A DNA stretch of 44,786 bases from a phage, in the NCBI GenBank assembly GCA_012646845.1, contig GCA_012646845.1_4707.2. One strand, 5' to 3'. A program made the translations under genes and the position numbers. The notes under the pieces were generated by a model, which searched no databases, was not told where the DNA came from, and saw only the letters and a list, made by a program, of their open reading frames with translations. Numbering within the stretch: position 1 is the first letter of the stretch; every line of letters begins with the position of its first letter. Shown one piece after another: positions 9,568 to 18,746 of the stretch.

Positions 9568-10041
9568 ATGCCAGTTTCATCCAAACCAAGAAAGAAATCA
9601 GTAGGAAAACCTAAAGCTCAGGAAACAACAGCGATTCGTTGGGACGAGTTACGTGAACCTATCGAAAACTGCGAATTGTTATTAGGCACCCTGGGTGCGG
9701 CTATTTACCAAGCGACACAACCCTGTCGTTTACGATTAACCCAAAACAAGCGTGATGAGTTCGTTGCGTTATCAACAAGTACGAATAAAGATCTGACCGA
9801 ACTTCAAACCGAGTTGACGACGATCAAGAACTCCATTACGCCGATGTATGGTAAAGAAGTCGATGAACAAAGTATTCTGTTACAGTACAACTACGGGATG
9901 TCGTTAATGAATATCCTGGAACGTGCATCCGATATTCTGCGTCCTGACGTTGCACGCCTGAGCCAACTGCGTGTTGAAGGGATGGAGAACCAGATCCGAT
10001 TCGCTAACAGTGTTAAATCTCAAGGAGCCACCGAAGCATGA
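9568..10041 (+). CDS. hypothetical protein (157 aa)
   Basis: ORF track; AGGAG RBS upstream; stop overlaps next start (ATGA). Confidence 0.65.
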   Translation: MPVSSKPRKKSVGKPKAQETTAIRWDELREPIENCELLLGTLGAAIYQATQPCRLRLTQNKRDEFVALSTSTNKDLTELQTELTTIKNSITPMYGKEVDEQSILLQYNYGMSLMNILERASDILRPDVARLSQLRVEGMENQIRFANSVKSQGATEA

Positions 10042-11696
10042 GCGAACAAGAAAAAGAAGTCGTGACGAATCAGGAAGCCATTGAGCCTTCAGAGTCGTCC
10101 GTTGAAACAATGATTCCAGCAAGTGAGGGTAAAGACGAAGCTGTCACTACCGAAGGAGATGTAGCGGCTCCAGAAGCAACCCGTGAAGAAGAACCATCGC
10201 ATCCACCGCTGGTCGATTTCTCGAAGGCGACGATACGTTTCCAATGCGAAGACATTCGTCCTAAGAGTCCGAAGAAAACAAAACGTCAGCCGTTGGTGTT
10301 ACCGCTGTATTCTCCGCGTGTACAGACAGCGTATTACAAGGAATACATCAACGAAGCAATGGATACCGTGCAAGCCATTGTCGCTCAACGCGGTAAACCT
10401 TCGGACGAGCAATTTGATAAATTCAGTAAAGCGGTAGTGCAATCGGTTGCTGATGGGCAATACCAACCGCGTGGGCCAGCTCATGATCGTGCGTTGGAAC
10501 GTAAGGGTAGTCAGTGGACTAACGTACCCGTAGACTCATCGGGTGTTGGTCGTGTTATTCCTGGCATCCCACAACCGAACCATATTCCTGATGATGTCGA
10601 AGCGCCGTTGACAGGAACCGATGCGATCTATTTTGCTATCCGCAATACGAAATCGGGCGCACCTGCGGTAATGCCGTTATGGCATAGCGGTATTAAGCTG
10701 CAGTTCAATCCACCGTCAAATGAACGTGTTGCGATTATGCATGAACGTATCGCACGTGATAAAATCCTGGGTGGACGTGATAGTACCGGTTTCCTGTTTT
10801 CGGCAACCTCGATTATCACCATGAAGCATGCTATCGAATTAGCGTTAGAATGCTGTTACATGGCCAACGTACCGAACCTGGATATCCAGCGTTTGAAAGA
10901 CATTATTCCGGTTACCGATGTTCCAGCGTTATTGTTGAACGTGCTGGTAACCATGTACCCGTACGGCTATCCTTACGTACAGACCTGCTATCAGAATCCA
11001 GAAACCTGCGACTATCGTGTTGAAGATACCGTAAGCTTTGCGAAGCTCTATCAAGTTGACAACAGCGCAATTACCAAACGTATGCGACAGATCATGACCG
11101 AAGGTCCGGTCATGACAGATGAACTTTTGCGTGAGTATGCAAACGAGCTGGGCGAAACAAACTCCCGTACGCTGGATCTGTCTGACAACGGTTCGGTTAT
11201 CATTGAGCTTGAAGTACCGAAGATTTCACGTCAGATTGCCATGGGTGAACGCTGGTTAAGTGATACCCTGGAAGATCTGCGTGATATTCTATCGCGTCCG
11301 TCAATGACCGAAGAAGAGCGTGATCGTGTTATTCGTGAGCGTCAGTTCTATAGCTGGATGCGTCAATATGATGCGTGGATCAAATCGATGCATGTGTCGG
11401 TAAACGGCACCATGCGTCGTGTAAGCGATGCAGATACGGCAACGGTATTAGCACAGCTGTCTCGTGATAGCGACCTTCGTGAACGCTATATCGATGGGTT
11501 GATGCAGTTCATCGGTGATTCGACGATTGCGCTCGCAGCGATGCCTGCCTGGAAATGTCCGAAATGTAATACCGATATTGCTGACAATCTGCGTGACCAG
11601 AAATACTACGATCTGATTGCTTTGGATGTACCCCAGCTTTTTTTTACCCTAAACTCCGTCCAATCTCTTCAGGAGGGGATGGACGCGGTATTCTAA
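10038..11696 (+). CDS. hypothetical protein (552 aa), acidic low-complexity N-terminus
   Basis: ORF track; translationally coupled to upstream gene; T8 run 17 codons before stop. Confidence 0.75.
   Translation: MSEQEKEVVTNQEAIEPSESSVETMIPASEGKDEAVTTEGDVAAPEATREEEPSHPPLVDFSKATIRFQCEDIRPKSPKKTKRQPLVLPLYSPRVQTAYYKEYINEAMDTVQAIVAQRGKPSDEQFDKFSKAVVQSVADGQYQPRGPAHDRALERKGSQWTNVPVDSSGVGRVIPGIPQPNHIPDDVEAPLTGTDAIYFAIRNTKSGAPAVMPLWHSGIKLQFNPPSNERVAIMHERIARDKILGGRDSTGFLFSATSIITMKHAIELALECCYMANVPNLDIQRLKDIIPVTDVPALLLNVLVTMYPYGYPYVQTCYQNPETCDYRVEDTVSFAKLYQVDNSAITKRMRQIMTEGPVMTDELLREYANELGETNSRTLDLSDNGSVIIELEVPKISRQIAMGERWLSDTLEDLRDILSRPSMTEEERDRVIRERQFYSWMRQYDAWIKSMHVSVNGTMRRVSDADTATVLAQLSRDSDLRERYIDGLMQFIGDSTIALAAMPAWKCPKCNTDIADNLRDQKYYDLIALDVPQLFFTLNSVQSLQEGMDAVF
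11639..11645 (+). other. T TTT TTT slippery heptamer (candidate -1 frameshift site)
   Basis: Heptamer is in X_XXY_YYZ register in the 0 frame of 10038..11696; the -1 frame is open from 11597 through 12118. Confidence 0.3.
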
Positions 11697-11788
11697 TCGA
11701 TCCGCGATACGGGTTACACGACGGACAACTTGTTCGTAATGATGAAAAAATCTGGGAATTGCTGTTAGCGCGTAAAGGCGACGGTGGC

Positions 11789-12118
11789 ATGAAACTGAAC
11801 ATCGAAATGGGTATTGCGTACGATACCATGTTTGGCATGTATGATCGTGTTAACGACTGGACGCCGTTGAAATGGGTTGCTCAGCACCCCGCTGAAGATC
11901 CCTGGGACAGATTAGGGATTAAGCCCTTAATCGAGGATTATGTTCGATTCGGTATTAAAGAGTTCATGACGCTGGATGCGTTTTTACAAGCACCGTATCC
12001 TTACGCGCAAACGGTACTCAAAATCGCACAAGACGAACTGCGGAAACGTAGTGCGGTACTGGACGACGATGAGGACAAGTTACGACGAGAAGAAGAACGT
12101 TTACGAAACGGAAAATAA
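11789..12118 (+). CDS. hypothetical protein or frameshift extension of 10038..11696
   Basis: Track ORF begins with TTG at 11759; first ATG at 11789; frame continuous with -1 frame of upstream gene. Confidence 0.45.
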   Translation: MKLNIEMGIAYDTMFGMYDRVNDWTPLKWVAQHPAEDPWDRLGIKPLIEDYVRFGIKEFMTLDAFLQAPYPYAQTVLKIAQDELRKRSAVLDDDEDKLRREEERLRNGK

Positions 12119-12119
12119 A

Positions 12120-12629
12120 ATGGCGAGATTTACCAGTTTGATTGGGTTGGATATTTGGGAAACACCGGCTGACGTTCGGGTTATTCCTGTCAACACCGTC
12201 GGTGTGATGGGGCGTGGTCTTGCCAAGCAGGCAGCTGATCGTGTACCCGGTCTTCTTGAAGCGTACCGTAAGCAATGTCGAGATGGGTTTAAGGTGGGCG
12301 AAGTCGTATCGTATCAACATGGCGATAACGATCAACTCACCTACGTGTTGTTTCCATCAAAATCGGATTGGCGTGAAAGAACACGGCGCGAGTATATCGT
12401 TAACGGTTTACTGGCGTTAAAAGCGTGGTTATTGGAGCTTCAGTTCGAAAGAGACGGCTTCTCATACCACCGTCCGGCTGAACCACTGATTGTCGCAATT
12501 CCTCCGGTTGGTTCTGGTTGCGGTAATATCGGTTACGGACAATCCGAGACAATCCAGCCTCAATGGGTACGCGCACAAATCAAACAGTATCTTGCCACCG
12601 TGCCAAACGTTCATTTCTACTTGTTCTAA
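12120..12629 (+). CDS. macro-domain protein (putative ADP-ribose binding/hydrolase)
   Basis: ATG at 12120; motifs VIPVNTVGVMGRGLAKQAADRVPG and IAIPPVGSGCGNIGYG resemble macro-domain glycine-rich loops. Confidence 0.7.
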   Translation: MARFTSLIGLDIWETPADVRVIPVNTVGVMGRGLAKQAADRVPGLLEAYRKQCRDGFKVGEVVSYQHGDNDQLTYVLFPSKSDWRERTRREYIVNGLLALKAWLLELQFERDGFSYHRPAEPLIVAIPPVGSGCGNIGYGQSETIQPQWVRAQIKQYLATVPNVHFYLF

Positions 12630-12639
12630 TGCAAAGATA

Positions 12640-12687
12640 GCATAACCCTCCTCCTGGCCTGAACCAGGAGGAAGGGTGTTTTTATGC
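12640..12687. terminator. Bidirectional terminator hairpin between convergent genes
   Basis: GCATAA-CCCTCCTCCTGG-CCTGAA-CCAGGAGGAAGGGTG-TTTTTATGC; perfect extended inverted repeat. Confidence 0.65.
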
Positions 12688-14196
12688 CGCGAAGGTTGGC
12701 TTGTTGCTGGCTTCCCAGGCGGTAGCACCGGTGTCGAAATCGGCATGTTCTGTTACGTTGGAGACGTTCCAACCGGAGATATCCTGGTTGAACGCCTTTG
12801 CGTCCTCAAACATGCTCCGCATCGAAACAATATTAGACATGTTCCAGCTACCGATGTTCTGGTTGAACACAACAGCACTACGGAACATGCGATCGGCATT
12901 CGTTACGTTCGACATATCCCAACCGATGACGTTAGGATCGTTGAACTTCGAACAGCCTAAGAACATCGAGTTGGTGCTGGTGACAGCAGTAGGCAGCTCT
13001 GCCGGGACCGACGTCAGGTTGCTAGCACGTTCGAATGACCAGTTACGGACATCATTCTGTTTCCCGAAGCTCAGAACCGCGAGCAGCGCGTTACCGCCGA
13101 GGTTGATTTTCAGGGATTTAAGTCCGCTCTCTTTCCAACCAATCTCGATGCGACCGGCTTGCGTAACGTCGATGCCCGTATTCGCACCTTCGACAACGTC
13201 TACCTTCACATTGTCGTACGAGAGACGATACCAGAGTTCTGGGTCGACGCCGCCGGTAAGAGGAATATCACCATCGCCCAATGGCACGTCAAACGTGTCG
13301 GAGATAACAGAAAGATCCAGCGCACCCGGCTGCACGGTAGCGGTGAAGTAGGTGAAGTCCTCTGGCTCGGTCACGACCTCATGGTAGCGAAGATACACAT
13401 CGCCAGCCCAAGATTCCGTTTCGGCGTAATCCGTGCTAAGATGCACTGCCTTGTATCCGTCATCAAGGTCGTGCACGGCGATTACATACGCATATTCGAG
13501 CAACGTCGCGAACTCAGTGCGGGTGGTTTCATCGTACCCACCCGCTGAGACCAGACGGTCGATAATGTCGTTACGTAACGCATCATCGATAGCGGCACCG
13601 ATTTCCATCGTCGCCACGTTGTGCTTCGCGACGATCTCATCCCAATCTAACGACAGCGACAGCAGACTCAATGAGGCAAGAGAGTCGCTGTTGTGTAAAT
13701 AGTTGAGTGTATAAAGGTCGGTTTTAGCGATGATGGTCACCAGGTCCAACGTATCGTTGGCGACGGTGAACTTGAGTTTACCTGCCCATACGTAGGAGGC
13801 ATCCGCTGCGTTAAGTTCGAGTTCCTTAACGCCGCTGTCTTCAAAGGTCACTGCGGTTTGCAGATCGGCTTCCAAGAAGTCAACGGTTTTGTCTAACGAC
13901 ACCCCATACCGTGCAGCTAACTGATCGACCACAGCGCCGATGGTGGTATCTGCGTTAACGATGAAGCGCAGAGGAAGACCCAGGAAGTTCTTGGTAAGAT
14001 CTCGGCGAACATAGACCAGGGTTTGTTCGTTGAAGTAGGGGCTACCCTCTAACGGTTTGATGCGGACACTCACCGCATCTGTAGCGTCGTCCTTAGCGAC
14101 AAACTCAAACGTCACGTCCTGTTCGGTCAGCGTAAGCTGGTTCTTACTGTTAACCAGTTCCAGCAACTCATCTTTCCAGTGTTGTAATAACTTCAT
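12682..14196 (-). CDS. putative receptor-binding/tail fibre protein with C-terminal DUF285 (BspA-like) repeats
   Basis: C-terminal repeats GWDMSNVTNADRMF / FNQNIGSWNMSNIVSMRSMF / FNQDISGWNVSNVT; N-terminal domain shared with 15364..17976 and 23321..23848. Confidence 0.75.
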   Translation of the reverse strand: MKLLQHWKDELLELVNSKNQLTLTEQDVTFEFVAKDDATDAVSVRIKPLEGSPYFNEQTLVYVRRDLTKNFLGLPLRFIVNADTTIGAVVDQLAARYGVSLDKTVDFLEADLQTAVTFEDSGVKELELNAADASYVWAGKLKFTVANDTLDLVTIIAKTDLYTLNYLHNSDSLASLSLLSLSLDWDEIVAKHNVATMEIGAAIDDALRNDIIDRLVSAGGYDETTRTEFATLLEYAYVIAVHDLDDGYKAVHLSTDYAETESWAGDVYLRYHEVVTEPEDFTYFTATVQPGALDLSVISDTFDVPLGDGDIPLTGGVDPELWYRLSYDNVKVDVVEGANTGIDVTQAGRIEIGWKESGLKSLKINLGGNALLAVLSFGKQNDVRNWSFERASNLTSVPAELPTAVTSTNSMFLGCSKFNDPNVIGWDMSNVTNADRMFRSAVVFNQNIGSWNMSNIVSMRSMFEDAKAFNQDISGWNVSNVTEHADFDTGATAWEASNKPTFAA

Positions 14197-14203
14197 TTTG
14201 GCC

Positions 14204-14380
14204 TCATTCTAAGCGTGGCATTGAGGGAACCTCGTGCCGGTGTTTTCGGAATTGTGTGTCGATAACCTCACGAAGCTTCAGGGCATCGTGAAGAGTCGAC
14301 GAGTTATACAACGTGAGCGTTACCGTCATGCGGGTGCGTTCACGCGTGTATTCTTTCCGACTGATGATGTCCGTATGCTG
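14204..14380 (-). pseudogene. Partial duplicate of the 3' half of gene 14389..14763
   Basis: Frame encodes ...TVTLTLYNSSTLHDALKLREVIDTQFRKHRHEVPSMPRLE*, paralogous to ...TVTLELFNKSTWVDAYRLREVIDGQFRKHRHEVPSMPKK... of the adjacent gene; DNA-level similarity evident. Confidence 0.45.
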
Positions 14381-14388
14381 TTATGCTA

Positions 14389-14763
14389 TTAATGTTCGTT
14401 CCAGATGGCATCTTCCGGTGGAACAATAGGATCTTTCTTCGGCATTGATGGCACTTCATGACGATGTTTACGGAACTGTCCGTCGATAACTTCACGAAGC
14501 CGGTACGCATCAACCCACGTTGATTTATTGAACAGCTCCAACGTCACAGTTAACCGCGTTCTTGACATTGAATAGCTTTTCTTTGCAATCAAATCGGGAT
14601 AATTCAGTTGAGCGAACCATGCCCGTATTTGTGCTTCGGTAAAAGCGATGCTGTAATAACTAAGTTTACCGTCATTAAAATCGTGCGCGTGGGTGTAACG
14701 TCCAGCGTAACGCCAAACAAGATGCACATTCAGATCGATCCATGGTGGGGTGGTATCAGCCAT
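14389..14763 (-). CDS. hypothetical protein (124 aa)
   Basis: ORF track. Confidence 0.65.
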   Translation of the reverse strand: MADTTPPWIDLNVHLVWRYAGRYTHAHDFNDGKLSYYSIAFTEAQIRAWFAQLNYPDLIAKKSYSMSRTRLTVTLELFNKSTWVDAYRLREVIDGQFRKHRHEVPSMPKKDPIVPPEDAIWNEH

Positions 14764-14772
14764 GTGTTACCC

Positions 14773-15342
14773 TCAACGATTCTTCATCACTTTACCCAGG
14801 CTTTCGATATTATCCCAAAAGCGATTTTTACTTGGCGCATCGCCGACGATAACCGACATCAAATCACGACGCTCGCGACTGATGATACCCTGCGATTTCC
14901 AGATCACCATCGTCCAGCAAGCAGCCAGAACGAACAGATGGTTAATACTCGGTTTGGTTTGTGCGATGAACGCAAGCCATGCCCAGATACCGGTATATAC
15001 TACCGTCACTAAAAAGAGAGAGATTGTTGCAACGACAACAACGAAGTTTTGGATGGCTGGCTGATTGGCGTTATCCTGAAAAGCGGTAAGATCAGGAAGA
15101 TTACCTTCAACGGAACTCGTATCATCGATTTCCAATTCTTCGATTTCTTTTCGTATGTCGGGAGCTAATCCGGCATCATCAAGATGCTTTTTTAACCGCT
15201 GTATACTTAATCGTTGACCGACAGGGATATTAATGTTGTCGTAACTATTAAGCACATCAACCAGGGAGCGTCCGTCAACGAGAACCAGGCTCGCGGTACC
15301 CATCGTTTGCGGTTTTATTTTGTAAAGATCTTTTACTTTCAT
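14773..15342 (-). CDS. hypothetical membrane protein (189 aa)
   Basis: Hydrophobic segments VVVATISLFLVTVVYTGIWAWLAFIA and LFVLAACWTMVIW. Confidence 0.65.
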   Translation of the reverse strand: MKVKDLYKIKPQTMGTASLVLVDGRSLVDVLNSYDNINIPVGQRLSIQRLKKHLDDAGLAPDIRKEIEELEIDDTSSVEGNLPDLTAFQDNANQPAIQNFVVVVATISLFLVTVVYTGIWAWLAFIAQTKPSINHLFVLAACWTMVIWKSQGIISRERRDLMSVIVGDAPSKNRFWDNIESLGKVMKNR

Positions 15343-15363
15343 GTAGACACCACCTCCAACGTG

Positions 15364-17976
15364 TTAAGCGTCTGGTGTAAAATCAAAAGGAACGTCCGTA
15401 CGAATGATATCATAACGTTTTCCTAGGAAATAGAACTCTTCGGGAACCTGACCGGGAATGATGCTATCGCCGATGAACTGTGGGTATGCCCAGATGTACT
15501 GAGTGAGTCCTTCGAACATATCCAGGTTATTTGCGTGGTTACCCATGATACGTTTCCAGAGTTCGCGTTTATACGGTGTTTTGACATCGAACCCATAAAG
15601 CGGTGCGAGGTCTTCGCCTGGAACAAACCCCAGGTAATAGTGGATCTGACTAACCGGGAACCCAAGCGTGTCTCGCGGAATGGTGATCGCTCGCTCAGCC
15701 TTGGTGACATGCGTCTCAATAATCCAGTCGTAGCACTCCGAATAGAACCGATCGAATTTCTCTGGATTGTACCACGCTTTGGGAAGATTCAGTTTCTCTG
15801 TGAACGCGTTCGACATGATCGTCGGCAAGAACGGAAGAACGCCGGTTTTGATCTGCGTGTATTTCGATTTTACCCGATTGACCAGATTCCAGCAAGCAGA
15901 GCCGAGCTGATCGTTGCAGAACTCAACGTACAGATCGTAATCCCCACCCGATAATGGATTATTAATGTCGCCGATATCGGCGGCGTATTTGTTGGGGTAT
16001 CGGTTATTGAAAGCCAGTTTGGTTTGGTAATCGTAGATACACGGTTTGTTGTTCGCCGTGTTGATCCACCACCAGGGTTCACCTACTTGTACACAAATGT
16101 CTTGGACATGCGGGTAGATGATATCAGCAAACGCGGTTAACACATCCCCTAACCACGTCATCGCATGTTGGTTGCATGGCGACAACAACCAAGACGGCGG
16201 CGTATATCCGGTTGCTGCGATGTTTCCTTCCCAATCCTGCTGCGCCCATTCGAACGGGCATGCGGTACTCATCAATTCGTAACTTAAACTGATGGTGATA
16301 GAGAAATGATGTTTTGCAGCATATGCGGCGAACGCTTCATGCCACGCGATACAGGGTGGATTTAATACATCCGTGGTGTTCACCAGTAACTTACCCGCAC
16401 TTGGCGTCCAGACAGTATCGTAGAAATGCGACATGCCAACATAATGCACTAATTCATCCTGATACCCTGCATAAACCAGGTTTTCAAATACGCGCTCCGG
16501 CGTGATGTTGTAATGGTCATCGTAAGCGGTTATCGCACGAAGTTCGTGTGGTGTACAGTGGTGGCGACTAACCGTCATTTCCTGATACACCCCATCGATA
16601 GGAAGAATCTCGAGGGTTAAACCGAGGTCGATTGGCGTTTCCAGGTAGGTCGTTTCAGTCGCATCTTCCTTATAATGTCGAGAACTCATACTGAACATCA
16701 GCGACGTGACCGATTCGAGTTCGATAGGTTCGTCAGCATAGAACCCCGCCATCGCGTCGTTGAAATCGATCGTTACGATTGCGCTTGTACCGTCTTCAGA
16801 GACGTCGGTCGCATATCGGGTTAATGAGATATACTGACGGCTATCGTCTTTGTGTACGATGGTTAGAACCGGCGGGTGTTCGGTATCTGCAAAGTTACGC
16901 TGATCGCCAGTAAATGTGATCTTCGCTTTAAAGATCAAACCGAGCAACGACGTCATTGGATCATACGCAACACAACCGTGATCCAGCGTATCCGTTGTCC
17001 GCCATTCTATCCCGACCAACCCGTTAGCGGTATGGCATCGCATATACGCATTAAGTACCATGTCTTCACTGACAACCGCGAAGTTCTCTGTTGACTGACC
17101 GTTGATAATCCAATACATCGGTTGCCAGAGGTTACGCGTACCTTTTGCGTAGCGGTAGGTTGGTGCGCCTTTAGGGTTGCCGTTATTGAGATGGAATACG
17201 GCAGTACCTTGGTAATGATCGTTCGTGTTAATCGGAACAGTGTACGCGTCGCCGAGGTCCGTACGTTCGACCTTCGTGACAGTTGCGTTTTCAAACAGCC
17301 TGCGTAGTGTAGGAAGACCAATATCATCAGGCGCGTTTTCTCGACGAATTGCGTCCGCGATGCGATGGGCTAGGGCGGGGTAAATGGTCTCACCCTGCTG
17401 TAAGTTTGCAAGACCTACAAAGCGATCGGGGTTGATACCGGCAATCAATAACTCAACATCGCCCCTCGTTCTATCATCATGGAGGTATTTCAGTCCAGTA
17501 AGATCGAGGTGTCGAATTAACGACAACAGATTGTACTTACGGTTTTCAACAGTCAGTACAAGATCACCTGCCCAAACCAAACTTCCCTCATCCACCATTA
17601 CTCTAACGGATTGGCGGCCTGTGGTAGACGTTGTTGTCGTTTTATTTAATTGTCCTTGTAGGAAGTCGGTTGCGAGGTCAAAGGCAACGCCGTAACGGTC
17701 AGCGACCGCCTGCATGATTTCACGTAACTGGGTATCTTCTTCAATGATGATCTTGACAGGTATTCCCAAGAACGCTTTGGCGAGGTCTCGCTTAACCATC
17801 GAGACGAATACGGATTTGTAATATCGGCCTCCATCTTTCCCTTTAAAAAGAATGGAGGTTGTTTCGGGCGACGATAGAACACGTGCAAATTCAACATCGT
17901 CGGAAGTAAGAGAAAGTCCGTTTTTCTCGTTGACCAATCTTAGTATTTCATTTTGCGCGGTTTCATGCAACTTCAT
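15364..17976 (-). CDS. large putative receptor-binding protein/tailspike (870 aa)
   Basis: N-terminal domain (VKRDLAKAFLGIPVKII) shared with 12682..14196 and 23321..23848; long Trp/Tyr-rich C-terminal domain. Confidence 0.75.
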   Translation of the reverse strand: MKLHETAQNEILRLVNEKNGLSLTSDDVEFARVLSSPETTSILFKGKDGGRYYKSVFVSMVKRDLAKAFLGIPVKIIIEEDTQLREIMQAVADRYGVAFDLATDFLQGQLNKTTTTSTTGRQSVRVMVDEGSLVWAGDLVLTVENRKYNLLSLIRHLDLTGLKYLHDDRTRGDVELLIAGINPDRFVGLANLQQGETIYPALAHRIADAIRRENAPDDIGLPTLRRLFENATVTKVERTDLGDAYTVPINTNDHYQGTAVFHLNNGNPKGAPTYRYAKGTRNLWQPMYWIINGQSTENFAVVSEDMVLNAYMRCHTANGLVGIEWRTTDTLDHGCVAYDPMTSLLGLIFKAKITFTGDQRNFADTEHPPVLTIVHKDDSRQYISLTRYATDVSEDGTSAIVTIDFNDAMAGFYADEPIELESVTSLMFSMSSRHYKEDATETTYLETPIDLGLTLEILPIDGVYQEMTVSRHHCTPHELRAITAYDDHYNITPERVFENLVYAGYQDELVHYVGMSHFYDTVWTPSAGKLLVNTTDVLNPPCIAWHEAFAAYAAKHHFSITISLSYELMSTACPFEWAQQDWEGNIAATGYTPPSWLLSPCNQHAMTWLGDVLTAFADIIYPHVQDICVQVGEPWWWINTANNKPCIYDYQTKLAFNNRYPNKYAADIGDINNPLSGGDYDLYVEFCNDQLGSACWNLVNRVKSKYTQIKTGVLPFLPTIMSNAFTEKLNLPKAWYNPEKFDRFYSECYDWIIETHVTKAERAITIPRDTLGFPVSQIHYYLGFVPGEDLAPLYGFDVKTPYKRELWKRIMGNHANNLDMFEGLTQYIWAYPQFIGDSIIPGQVPEEFYFLGKRYDIIRTDVPFDFTPDA

Positions 17977-17998
17977 TGAAAACCTCAGCCCTTTAGAA

Positions 17999-18640
17999 TT
18001 AGATGTACTGCTTACCGCCCACGAAGGAAGTTAGCCAGTTCCCACTGACAAGCTGTGATACCCAGCCAGGCACTGCCCTGCCATTCTGACTCATCACATT
18101 ACCACACCAACCAGGGAATCCGGGACGGATATAATAGAAAGTTAAATTGTAGAGATGGCAATTCCATACTGCAACGTTATGTTTACGAGCAACCGCTTTA
18201 AAGACAAACGCAACGGGTAAAGGCGACGATAGCAATTCGGTCACGGGGACGGCCGACCAGTTCGCATTTGCGTTCCACGGTTGCCAGGTATGGCTACGCG
18301 AGTCGCAATATACGTTACCGTTGTTACCTCGCCCACCCGCATTCCACCATAGCGACGGACTCATGTTCTTAAGTGAGGTAAATTGCTGTGGTGGAATATT
18401 CGGAATAATAACAGGGTTGACGCCTTGCCCATTTTTCTTTTCTTTTGCGTTCACATACCCGCTTATCGATTCGAGGTATTTGACACCAGGATAATTGTTC
18501 TGGACTCGTGTCGCAATATCACGGACATCAAACGTCCAGCAGATCATGGTGTTGTAGTAAGCATCGGTGTTGTCGTACCATGCGTTACCATCTTGTAAAC
18601 GTGCGCCACTATTCGGTGTTTTATCTGTGCTTATAGCCAT
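17999..18640 (-). CDS. hypothetical tail-associated protein, paralog 1 (213 aa)
   Basis: C-terminal 40 aa (RPGFPGW.GNVMSQNGRAVPGWVSQLVSGNWLTSFVGGKQY) identical to neighbour apart from one residue. Confidence 0.7.
   Translation of the reverse strand: MAISTDKTPNSGARLQDGNAWYDNTDAYYNTMICWTFDVRDIATRVQNNYPGVKYLESISGYVNAKEKKNGQGVNPVIIPNIPPQQFTSLKNMSPSLWWNAGGRGNNGNVYCDSRSHTWQPWNANANWSAVPVTELLSSPLPVAFVFKAVARKHNVAVWNCHLYNLTFYYIRPGFPGWCGNVMSQNGRAVPGWVSQLVSGNWLTSFVGGKQYI
18035..18103. repeat. 69-nt near-identical direct repeat, copy 1
   Basis: Matches 18792-18860 with a single mismatch. Confidence 0.85.
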
Positions 18641-18746
18641 GGTATTGTCCTATACTACGATGATTGAGGTATCGAATGTCGGACGCCTGGTGTCGTCTGG
18701 TAGTACATACAGAAACACCCGCAGATAAAACAATAACTCCCATCAA

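Noticed and set aside
10038-11696. 552-aa protein as an ADP-ribosyltransferase paired with the macro domain
   Set aside because: I could not find a convincing R-S-E or H-Y-E catalytic triad with correct spacing; retained only as an untested idea
12701-13702. Plus-strand ORFs (216, 129, 89 aa) inside the DUF285 protein gene
   Set aside because: Antisense shadows of a long minus-strand gene with recognisable repeats; Ser/Thr/Pro-rich low-complexity translations
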